64,000 bases of DNA. Source: a virus (Duplodnaviria; Caudoviricetes). Of the stretch, positions 56,672 to 64,000 are shown piece by piece. Each line of letters starts with the position of its first letter. Position 1 is the first letter of the stretch. Made by a program: the position numbers and the translations under genes. Location: positions 64,001 through 128,000 of IMG/VR virus record IMGVR_UViG_3300049009_000874; one strand, written 5' to 3'. The notes under the pieces are model-generated. The model saw only the letters and a list, made by a program, of their open reading frames with translations, made no database searches and was not told the DNA's origin.

Positions 56672-57535
56672 TTATATGCCATTTCCGCCGTTATTGAAGC
56701 CGCTGCCCCCACCGAACTGACCGCCAAAGCCACCTTGCACTCCAGTTCTGCCGCCCATGCCATATCCGACCAGACCGCCAAAGCCACCACCTTGTCCATA
56801 ACCGCCGAACTGACTGAAGCCACCGCCCTGACCGTAGCCGCCACTTTGAAACGCTGAACCGCCCACACCAGATATGATGCCTTGCATTGCCATTTGATAA
56901 AATGGATTGTCCATGCCGATAGCTTGTCCGCCAGTTCCGCTGCCCTGACCAAATCCACCGCCACCAAAGGTTATATTTACACCGCCACCGCCTTGTCCGA
57001 AACCACCGCCTTGTCCGAAACCACCGCCTTGTCCGAAACCACCGCCTTGTCCGAAACCACCGCCTTGTCCGAAGCCACCGCCTTGTCCGAAGCCACCGCC
57101 TTGTCCGAAGCCACCGCCTTGTCCGAAGCCACCACCCTGACCGAAGCCGCCGCCTTGTCCGAAGCCACCGCCTTGTCCGAAGCCGCCGCCACCTGTAGAA
57201 AGTGGAATTTGATAAAGTTGCGAGATTTGCATTCCGGGAGCGTTGTTTTGGGTGTATTGTGCGGTACCTTGAATTCCCCCGGTACTTTGTTGGAAACCGC
57301 CACCGTACTGACCGCCGCCACTAGAACTGCTTCCTGTGTTGAAATTTACATTTTGGTTGGCGATCTGAGGTTGAACTGTATTGTTCAGCGCCGGAGGCTG
57401 TTGCGGTCTTGCCGGCAAAATGACTCTGTATTTTTGCGCCGAAGATTCAGAGGTCGCAAAAAAGATTACAAAAATGGCTAGGAACGAATTTTTCCTTGTA
57501 ATTAGTCTCATGTGTTTTCCTTTGTAATTACTCAT
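56672..57535 (-). CDS. Secreted Gly/Gln/Phe-rich low-complexity protein
   Basis: Signal peptide then Q/N-rich segment and (GGGFGQ)n. Confidence 0.75.
   Translation of the reverse strand: MSNYKGKHMRLITRKNSFLAIFVIFFATSESSAQKYRVILPARPQQPPALNNTVQPQIANQNVNFNTGSSSSGGGQYGGGFQQSTGGIQGTAQYTQNNAPGMQISQLYQIPLSTGGGGFGQGGGFGQGGGFGQGGGFGQGGGFGQGGGFGQGGGFGQGGGFGQGGGFGQGGGFGQGGGFGQGGGGVNITFGGGGFGQGSGTGGQAIGMDNPFYQMAMQGIISGVGGSAFQSGGYGQGGGFSQFGGYGQGGGFGGLVGYGMGGRTGVQGGFGGQFGGGSGFNNGGNGI
56985..57182 (-). repeat. 18-bp tandem repeat x11
   Basis: CCACCGCCTTGTCCGAAR units, encoding GGGFGQ on - strand. Confidence 0.97.
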
Positions 57536-57619
57536 TTGTATATATGTTCAAAAACAATAAATCCGTCACAATGAGAGATGTCTTTTGCTCGTCTTCTATT
57601 GTGATGTGGGGATAATGTC

Positions 57620-58324
57620 ATGTCAGAAGAAACAAAAGACGATTTTCTGGTCTACGGACTTCCCAGGAGCGGAACAAACTATCTTGAGTTCATGCTGACA
57701 AGAAACTTGAATGTTTCTTGTCCGACAAACATGTACGAATGGAAGCACGGACCCATAGAGCAGAATAGATGCAAGTTCTTCATCATATACAAAGACCCGT
57801 TCTCTTGGATTAACTCCATGTATGTATACAACCAGAAATATGACCTTTGTCTCAATAAACATCGAAGCATTTCCAGCTTCATACGCGGCGAGATGGTATT
57901 GGACGAGAGGGCGTTCAATTCGAGATGGTACATCAAAGGGAATCCAGTAAGAATATACAACGACATGATCGGTCATTATGCCAGCAACTCGAGCGGCTTG
58001 AACTGCGGCGTATTGAACTACGAGAGTTTCATGGTCGATTCTTTCGATTCCATGCGCAAAGTATGCTCGGCAGCCAACGCCGAGATGCCAAGCAGCCTGG
58101 TTTACCCGAAAGATCCTATATTCAATGAACTTGTTGGAATCGACGCCGTAAACCATGAGTTTTACGAGAATAAAAATTTCTACACCAACAGGTCCTACAT
58201 GATGCATTTCGGCAAGGATGACGTCAAGTTCGTTTCAAGAAGGATAAACAGAGAGAATCTGAGGAAGATAAGGTCGCTCGCGGTAAACCTGAAGCTCGAG
58301 TCCAAGAATTTGCTCAAAAGTTAA
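57620..58324 (+). CDS. Sulfotransferase-like protein
   Basis: GLPRSGTNY (5'-PSB), KH, KDP.SW..S (3'-PB), YE. Confidence 0.75.
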   Translation: MSEETKDDFLVYGLPRSGTNYLEFMLTRNLNVSCPTNMYEWKHGPIEQNRCKFFIIYKDPFSWINSMYVYNQKYDLCLNKHRSISSFIRGEMVLDERAFNSRWYIKGNPVRIYNDMIGHYASNSSGLNCGVLNYESFMVDSFDSMRKVCSAANAEMPSSLVYPKDPIFNELVGIDAVNHEFYENKNFYTNRSYMMHFGKDDVKFVSRRINRENLRKIRSLAVNLKLESKNLLKS

Positions 58325-58327
58325 GGT

Positions 58328-58642
58328 TCATGTCCAGATGATGTAGTAGAGAAGAAAGAGCTGGAACATCAGAAGGGCGCTGCCGACGACGAACCCCTTG
58401 GTTGCGTTCGACAGGAATATCTTCTTCCATATCATCAGCGACAAGCAGGTCCCGAACATCTTCGCCGCCGAGAACAACGCTATCGATCCGTTGTCCATCT
58501 CTATCAGCCAAACCCCTATCGGATTCTTTTCCTCATTTATTATGACTTGCTGGAATCTTATTATCAGATATAGGTCTACCGCACCGATCGAAAGTATTGC
58601 GATGAAGACGAACCAGAAAAATGAGTTTTGTATCTTTGACAT
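58328..58642 (-). CDS. DUF5658-like membrane protein
   Basis: D.YL.....E.NP.G.WL..K motif with 3 TMs; GTAGATA 5 nt before ATG. Confidence 0.65.
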   Translation of the reverse strand: MSKIQNSFFWFVFIAILSIGAVDLYLIIRFQQVIINEEKNPIGVWLIEMDNGSIALFSAAKMFGTCLSLMIWKKIFLSNATKGFVVGSALLMFQLFLLYYIIWT

Positions 58643-58710
58643 TCTTTTATCTACTTTGAAAAACTAAATATTTGAGGTTAAAGTTTGATTTATATTTCGC
58701 AAGGCTGAAA

Positions 58711-59469
58711 ATGAAGTATGGAAGCAGAATAAAAGCTTGGGTAGACGACACGCATCATCTTGGCGACGTGATCATGGCTCTCAACGTGCTGTACAACATA
58801 GCGAGGGAGAGGGGCGAGACGATCAACGTCAGGGTCGCAAACAAGCATCTTGCGAGCCAGTTGTGCTCGATATTCGACTACGAGAAGAATCTCGAGTTCA
58901 CCAGCAGCAACGGCGGCAAATTCGTTCATTTCTGCGTGGCGAGACACATAGGCATCAAAGACGTCAGCGCGAGGTTTTGCCACATGTCTCTGGGGGGTAT
59001 ATCCGACATCGACTACGGTATGGTAAATGGCTTCGAACTCCCGAAATGCATCATAAAGCCAGAGCGCAACTTGGACGAGCGCTGTTTCCAGATGGACGGA
59101 CGGTCTCCCTGGAGCGGGAAGCCAAGGATGAGACGCTTCGAGATGATGCAGATCATCCAGATGTTCGGCAAGGGCAAAGCCACCTGCATAGGCGGACCAG
59201 GGACAAGCAGATACGTGGACCATCCCGATTTATACGTGTCCGACCTGATCGGTCTGTCCAGAAGGATCTTGGGGAGCAACGGGTTTTTCGGGGCAGACAG
59301 CGGAATGTCGCACCTGGCTGGAACGCTGCAGGTTCCGGGAGATATCGTGGTCCAGTCGACCGACGAAGATCTGAGATACAGCGAATGCGTCCATCGAGTG
59401 TACAACAGTATATATCCGACGCTGAGGACTCATAAAAGAACGATAATCAAGCATTTTCCTTTACTTTGA
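58711..59469 (+). CDS. GT9-like glycosyltransferase, paralog 3
   Basis: HLGDVI, FFGADSGMSHLAGTL. Confidence 0.75.
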   Translation: MKYGSRIKAWVDDTHHLGDVIMALNVLYNIARERGETINVRVANKHLASQLCSIFDYEKNLEFTSSNGGKFVHFCVARHIGIKDVSARFCHMSLGGISDIDYGMVNGFELPKCIIKPERNLDERCFQMDGRSPWSGKPRMRRFEMMQIIQMFGKGKATCIGGPGTSRYVDHPDLYVSDLIGLSRRILGSNGFFGADSGMSHLAGTLQVPGDIVVQSTDEDLRYSECVHRVYNSIYPTLRTHKRTIIKHFPLL

Positions 59470-59596
59470 CCTGAAAGTTTGTATCATTTAATTTTTAAAT
59501 GAAATGCGAAGGTGTTCGTATCGTCCGTTTTCGTTAACTGTGAAATTTTTGACAACCAAGCATCAAGGACGATGGCAACACACACCGAGGGATCGA

Positions 59597-60652
59597 ATGC
59601 GAAAACTGGTAGCTCTTGACCTCTTCTCCGGCGCCGGAGGACTGTCTTTCGGTCTAAAGTCAGCCGGCATAGACGTGGCTATGGCAAACGAGTTCAATTC
59701 CGTTTTCTGCGACACGTACGCAGCCAACCACCCAAGTACGAAACTATTGAGGTCGGACATACGTGAACTGAACTTCAGGGAAGAGATCCGAAACATCGGA
59801 CTGGAATCGGTCGACCTCGTGTGCGGGGGACCCCCATGCCAAGGGTTCAGCACGGTGGGCAAGAAGGACTTCCACGACGACAGGAATTCCCTGTTCCGTG
59901 AGTTCCTGCGAGCAGTAAGAGAGACAAGCCCGAGTTTCGTCGTGTTCGAGAACGTCTCCGGCTTCATGACGATGTACGGCGGCTTCGCCTACAGCGCCCT
60001 GACCTCCGAACTGGGGGCGATGGGATACAATCTGTCGTCGTCGGTCTTGGACATAGCCGACTACGGTCTCCCCCAAAGGAGGAAAAGGACCATCGTGCTA
60101 GGTTGCAGGGATTCCGTTTGCGGCATCCCGACTCCGACCCACGGCAAGCACCTCACCATCATGGACGCCATAGGAGACATGCCGCCGCTAGCCCCGGGGG
60201 AATCGAGCGACAAATACCTCTGCGCCCCGCAGAACGAATACCAATCCGAGATGAGGATCGGGACGCCCGGTCTGACCGAGCACAACGCCTCCGAGTATGG
60301 CGCGAAGATGGTCGAGATACTGGCGAGCATACCAGCCGGAGGGTCCTTGTCCGACCTCCCCGCCCATCTCAGACCGAATTCCGCTTTCGCCAACACCTAC
60401 GCGAGGCTCTTTCCTGACAAGCCGTCGCCGACCATAACGAGGAACTTCGGAACGCCGTCCTCATCCAGGTGTGTCCACCCTTACGGGAACAGGGCTCTTT
60501 CCACCAGGGAGGGAGCCAGGCTGCAGGGATTCCCCGACCGCTACATTTTCTGCGGCGGCAAGACGAGCAAGAACCTCCAGATAGGAAACTCCGTCCCCCC
60601 GATCCTCGGAAGGGTCATTGGGGAGGCTATAACATCTCATTGTTCGGTTTGA
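59597..60652 (+). CDS. DNA (cytosine-5) methyltransferase
   Basis: DLFSGAGG, GPPCQGFS, ENV, Q.R.R, RLQGFPD, IGNSV. Confidence 0.95.
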   Translation: MRKLVALDLFSGAGGLSFGLKSAGIDVAMANEFNSVFCDTYAANHPSTKLLRSDIRELNFREEIRNIGLESVDLVCGGPPCQGFSTVGKKDFHDDRNSLFREFLRAVRETSPSFVVFENVSGFMTMYGGFAYSALTSELGAMGYNLSSSVLDIADYGLPQRRKRTIVLGCRDSVCGIPTPTHGKHLTIMDAIGDMPPLAPGESSDKYLCAPQNEYQSEMRIGTPGLTEHNASEYGAKMVEILASIPAGGSLSDLPAHLRPNSAFANTYARLFPDKPSPTITRNFGTPSSSRCVHPYGNRALSTREGARLQGFPDRYIFCGGKTSKNLQIGNSVPPILGRVIGEAITSHCSV

Positions 60653-60713
60653 CATAGACGTACAATCTTTTTTAAATTAAAATGCCACGACCTTAATTCA
60701 AAGAGAGATTATC

Positions 60714-61841
60714 ATGGATCAAATCAGGGTCGTCAGTCTTTTCAGCGGGATCGGGGCTTTCGAGAAGGCTCTGACGAGGATAGGCAAGAAATACGAAGTC
60801 GTCAACTTCTGCGAGATCGACAAGAACGCCTCGAAGTCGTACTGCGCGATACATGGGGAGCCGGAGTCCAAGAACCTCGGCGACATCAGCAAGGTCGACG
60901 AGACGAAACTCCCGGACTTCGACCTCATGACTTGGGGATTCCCATGCCAAGACATATCCATAGCGGGAAAGCTGAAGGGCATCGAGGTAGGAACGAGGTC
61001 GGGTCTATACTACGAGGGTCTTCGCATACTGAACCACAAGAAGCCGACCTACAGCATCATAGAGAACGTCAAGAACCTGGTCGGATCGAAGTTCAAGGCT
61101 CAGTTCCAGCAGATACTGGACGACCTTGACGCCGCCGGCTACAATTCGTACTGGAAGGTGATGAACGCCAAGAACTACGGGATTCCGCAGAGCAGGGAGA
61201 GGGTCTTCATCGTGAGTGTCAGAAAGGACGCCGACAAGGGGTTCGAGTTCCCGAAGGAGTTCGACAGCGGAGTGAGGCTCAAGGATTTCATCGAGAAGGA
61301 CGTCCCAGCGAAGTACACCATCAATCCAGTCAAGACAGCCAAGTTCCTCGAGAGCATCGACGGGAAAAAGATAGAGGTCGGAGGCATCATGGTTTCGAGG
61401 AAGGGCGAGAAGTTCGACCGCGTCACGGAATGCGCCAACACCCTCATGGCTAGGGACTACAAGGGTTTCGGCAACCAGTCCATGAACGCCGTTCTGGAGT
61501 CCATACCGAACGAAATATCCGACAACTCGCTGATACAGCTCGGATGCCTCTCAGGAAGCAACTCGCAGGCGAACAGGGTGTACAGCACGGACGGCGTGTC
61601 TGCGACCCTGTGCGGCATCAGCGGGGGATGGGGAGCGAAGACGGGTCTCTACGTCGAGCAGACCAGGGTCAGGAGGCTTTGCCCCAAGGAATGCTTCAGG
61701 CTGATGGGTTTCGACGACGCCGACTACGAGAAGGTCGTAGCCGCCGGCATCGTAAGCGACACCCAGCTGTACAAGCAGGCTGGGAACAGCATCGTCGTCA
61801 ATGTTCTGGAATGCATATTCAAGAGCATTTTCGGAAATTGA
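60714..61841 (+). CDS. DNA (cytosine-5) methyltransferase, phage type
   Basis: SLFSGIG, GFPCQD, ENV, Q.RER, RLMGF, AGNSI; long variable region. Confidence 0.95.
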   Translation: MDQIRVVSLFSGIGAFEKALTRIGKKYEVVNFCEIDKNASKSYCAIHGEPESKNLGDISKVDETKLPDFDLMTWGFPCQDISIAGKLKGIEVGTRSGLYYEGLRILNHKKPTYSIIENVKNLVGSKFKAQFQQILDDLDAAGYNSYWKVMNAKNYGIPQSRERVFIVSVRKDADKGFEFPKEFDSGVRLKDFIEKDVPAKYTINPVKTAKFLESIDGKKIEVGGIMVSRKGEKFDRVTECANTLMARDYKGFGNQSMNAVLESIPNEISDNSLIQLGCLSGSNSQANRVYSTDGVSATLCGISGGWGAKTGLYVEQTRVRRLCPKECFRLMGFDDADYEKVVAAGIVSDTQLYKQAGNSIVVNVLECIFKSIFGN

Positions 61842-61877
61842 CAAGAGGTTCCAGATCCAAAAAACATACATATGTTC

Positions 61878-62591
61878 ATGGATTTCAAGCAATTCCTGTA
61901 TACCGAGTCCTCGAAGCCAGCCATGTTGGGCAAATACCGCATCACGTACATAGACTCCAATAAATTCAGGAAGAAATCACTTCTGAACGTCGAGTTCTGC
62001 ACCGCCGCGGTCCACGACGATTTCCCCAGACACATAAAGAAGGACGAGATATGGATTGACGACAGCATCAAGCCGAAGGAGATACCAACCATCCTCAAGG
62101 GTTTGTCTGTCAGGCTGTCGGAAATCGAGAATGGCGGGAAGAACCCGTACGAGAAGGGAATCGCCGCGGAGAAAAAAGAAAGGAACGAACACAGGGAAAA
62201 GCTGAAGAAGAAGAAGCACATGACCATAAAGGACTACAGCGGCGAAATCGAAGTGTATCTGGTCAGCGGCAAGGCTGTCAGGGACAACTACAAGACGGAT
62301 TTCTCGCAGGGGGGTCACGGCTACGTCTACGACTGGATACCGAAGAACGAGATATGGATAGAGGACGAGGAGAAGGACGAGATTGCTCCGATCCTTGCCC
62401 ACGAGTACATCGAGATGGTCCTCATGAAGGAGAGCGGCTGGAAGTATCCCAAAGCCCACGAGATGGCTTCCGACATAGAGCAGCAACTCAGGAAGAAAAA
62501 CCTGACGATGAAGGGGATCGACAAGGTTGTCAAGAACATATCGATACTTGTGCCGGAAGTAAACAAGCCAAGATCCAAGAGAAAAAGCTAA
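61878..62591 (+). CDS. Duplicated-domain putative metalloprotein with capsid-targeting-like N-terminus
   Basis: MDFKQFLYTE; two EIWI[DE]D repeats; HEYIE..AH; ATACATA 5 nt before ATG. Confidence 0.7.
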   Translation: MDFKQFLYTESSKPAMLGKYRITYIDSNKFRKKSLLNVEFCTAAVHDDFPRHIKKDEIWIDDSIKPKEIPTILKGLSVRLSEIENGGKNPYEKGIAAEKKERNEHREKLKKKKHMTIKDYSGEIEVYLVSGKAVRDNYKTDFSQGGHGYVYDWIPKNEIWIEDEEKDEIAPILAHEYIEMVLMKESGWKYPKAHEMASDIEQQLRKKNLTMKGIDKVVKNISILVPEVNKPRSKRKS

Positions 62592-62593
62592 GC

Positions 62594-63229
62594 CTATCTC
62601 GCCACGGACCTCTCCACAGCCTTGTCGAAAAGGCTGAGGAACTTCGACATCGGCTTCAGTTCTGGGTACGGTATCTCGTAGTTCCTGTGGTTTCCCCTCC
62701 TGGCGCAGACTATAGGTCGGGAGACTATCTTCTCCCTGGTCTGGTATCCGATATACGATATGACCGCTTCCCCCGCAGCCTTGTCCTCGCTCTCGACGTA
62801 GGCGAACGCGTATATGTCGGACCCCAACTCCTGCCTTTTCCCGTATTCGTCTATGCACCTTATCAAAGCGAGACCGTAGTTCCTAGCCGCCGTCTTCACG
62901 TCGAGACCATAGGAGAAGACGTCGAAGTCGGTGACGTTCCCGAACTCCTTGTACCCGAGGTTCACCGGCATCCCAGTCATCATGCCGAAAGCCATCTCCC
63001 CCAGTATCCCGACCCTCTCGGTCTTCCTCGGGTCGGAGGAGCTGTTGAGCATGCCCGGATTCCAGCCGCCTCCCACCTTGTTCTTCGTCCACCACGCGCT
63101 CGAAGCCGTCTCGCAAGCCTCGTAGTCCGAGCCTCTGACGACTATCTTGTGGACGTCCAGCTCCACTCCGTTGAACCATTCCCTGTGCACGTTCGGACCG
63201 ACCCTCGTCGGGAAATAAAGATCATCCAT
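62594..63229 (-). CDS. Putative PD-(D/E)xK nuclease
   Basis: GILGEMAF...DFD...DVKT; directly downstream of adenine methylase. Confidence 0.5.
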   Translation of the reverse strand: MDDLYFPTRVGPNVHREWFNGVELDVHKIVVRGSDYEACETASSAWWTKNKVGGGWNPGMLNSSSDPRKTERVGILGEMAFGMMTGMPVNLGYKEFGNVTDFDVFSYGLDVKTAARNYGLALIRCIDEYGKRQELGSDIYAFAYVESEDKAAGEAVISYIGYQTREKIVSRPIVCARRGNHRNYEIPYPELKPMSKFLSLFDKAVERSVAR

Positions 63230-63231
63230 TT

Positions 63232-64000
63232 TCACGCCTCGCAGTTGGATATTATGAGTTCGCCCTTTCTGTTGGAAAGCCTTTTCCCGCTGTCCTTGTC
63301 CTTGTTCGCGTTGATGCTGTAGTTGACGTCGATCTCCTTCACGCAAGCCCAGGAGTATATGTCCCTTATCTCCCTGCAGTCGTCGTAGGACAGGACCCAC
63401 CTGTGGCTCGTCTTCCTGAGCATCTTCGACAGGCGGAGGTGGTCGAACGAAGTCATCCCGCACTGGTACAGTTCGTTGCCCTTGATGTAGTACGGAGGGT
63501 CTATGTACAAGAGGACGTCCGACCCGCCCTCGAGCACCAGGGTCTCGAAATCGTGGACCGAGCATGATTCCTTGCGAACCTTGACGCCCGACAAGACATG
63601 GTGTATCTTGTCTATCTTCGAGCATATGTTCTTCGGGTTCCACCTGCACCCGATCTTGTATTCCGAAGCCTGGCTCATTCCGCCTAGCGGACCGCCTGAC
63701 ATGGTCCCGAGACCAGAGTACGAAGTCTGGTGTATCGCCATCTTCTTGAAGCCGACCGCAACGATCCCGTCGATGACCTCCGGAACGCGGTCGATGGCGG
63801 AAAGTTCAGCCTTCATGTCGCAGAACGATACTACGGATGGCGTGAACGAACGAACCATGTCCTTCAGTTGCTCGTGGTGCGATATGACGGAAGTCCACAG
63901 GCATGATATGCCGACGTCGCGGTCGTTCACCCACAAGTCCCTGACTCCAAGGCTGACCATGTGGAGACCTATGCTGCCTCCTCCGAAGAAAGGCTCTCGG
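63232..64000 (-). CDS. DNA adenine methylase, Dam/D12 class (5' end outside window)
   Basis: EPFFGGGS at window edge, VND, YIDPPY, WVLSYDD. Confidence 0.92.
   Translation of the reverse strand, partial: REPFFGGGSIGLHMVSLGVRDLWVNDRDVGISCLWTSVISHHEQLKDMVRSFTPSVVSFCDMKAELSAIDRVPEVIDGIVAVGFKKMAIHQTSYSGLGTMSGGPLGGMSQASEYKIGCRWNPKNICSKIDKIHHVLSGVKVRKESCSVHDFETLVLEGGSDVLLYIDPPYYIKGNELYQCGMTSFDHLRLSKMLRKTSHRWVLSYDDCREIRDIYSWACVKEIDVNYSINANKDKDSGKRLSNRKGELIISNCEA

Noticed and set aside
56882-57481. + strand ORF with TALSEA repeats and other frames over the 18-bp repeat
   Set aside because: Shadow frames; variation is synonymous for GGGFGQ and only that frame has a signal peptide and promoter motif
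5340-63649. Long antisense or overlapping ORFs (e.g. 5340..6212-, 23611..24603-, 53806..54798-, 62354..63322+)
   Set aside because: They overlap motif-supported genes and lack RBS or motifs; typical shadows of codon bias
1-64000. Stop-codon reassignment
   Set aside because: Recognisable genes are full length under code 11 and end in TAA, TAG and TGA with tight packing
1-64000. tRNA/rRNA genes, introns, integrase or transposase
   Set aside because: None recognised by eye; tRNAscan-SE and Infernal were not run
1-64000. Cellular bacterial chromosome
   Set aside because: Housekeeping genes occur singly outside their usual operons among many ORFans, HNH genes and phage-type families; no capsid or terminase gene is in the window, so viral origin remains an inference

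Overview
Gene-dense 64 kb segment (standard code, mostly + strand, many short ORFans) that reads as part of a very large, T4-superfamily-like (jumbo) bacteriophage genome. A Planctomycetota host is likely but is inference from sigma factor, CsrA, DUF5658-like and wHTH sequence flavour. It carries isolated host-like translation, proteostasis and regulatory genes outside their normal operons (peptide deformylase, IF-3, GroES-like, DnaJ, ClpX, two CsrA, two sigma-like factors, PhoH, ParB-like). It also has a large dispersed glycan-modification toolkit (about 11 glycosyltransferases including three paralogous GT9-like proteins, DegT aminotransferase, ATP-grasp/HAD, sulfotransferase, two paralogous SAM methyltransferases), three DNA methyltransferases and four HNH proteins. 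The strongest unannotated signal is a recurrent TANATA (T4 late-promoter-like) motif, often only 3-7 nt before an ATG. It precedes about eight scattered genes whose proteins begin with a T4 capsid-targeting-like peptide (M..F..F/W..E), pointing to a head-packaged cargo set: phospholipase A2-like, zincin protease-like, ferritin-like, polybasic and membrane-inserting proteins. Also noted are several apparently catalytically dead enzyme copies, a candidate small RNA, an unannotated 48-aa Cys peptide gene, a u-spanin-like lipoprotein and a secreted (GGGFGQ)11 protein. No tRNA, rRNA or CRISPR array was recognised. All family calls are from motif recognition by eye, not database searches.
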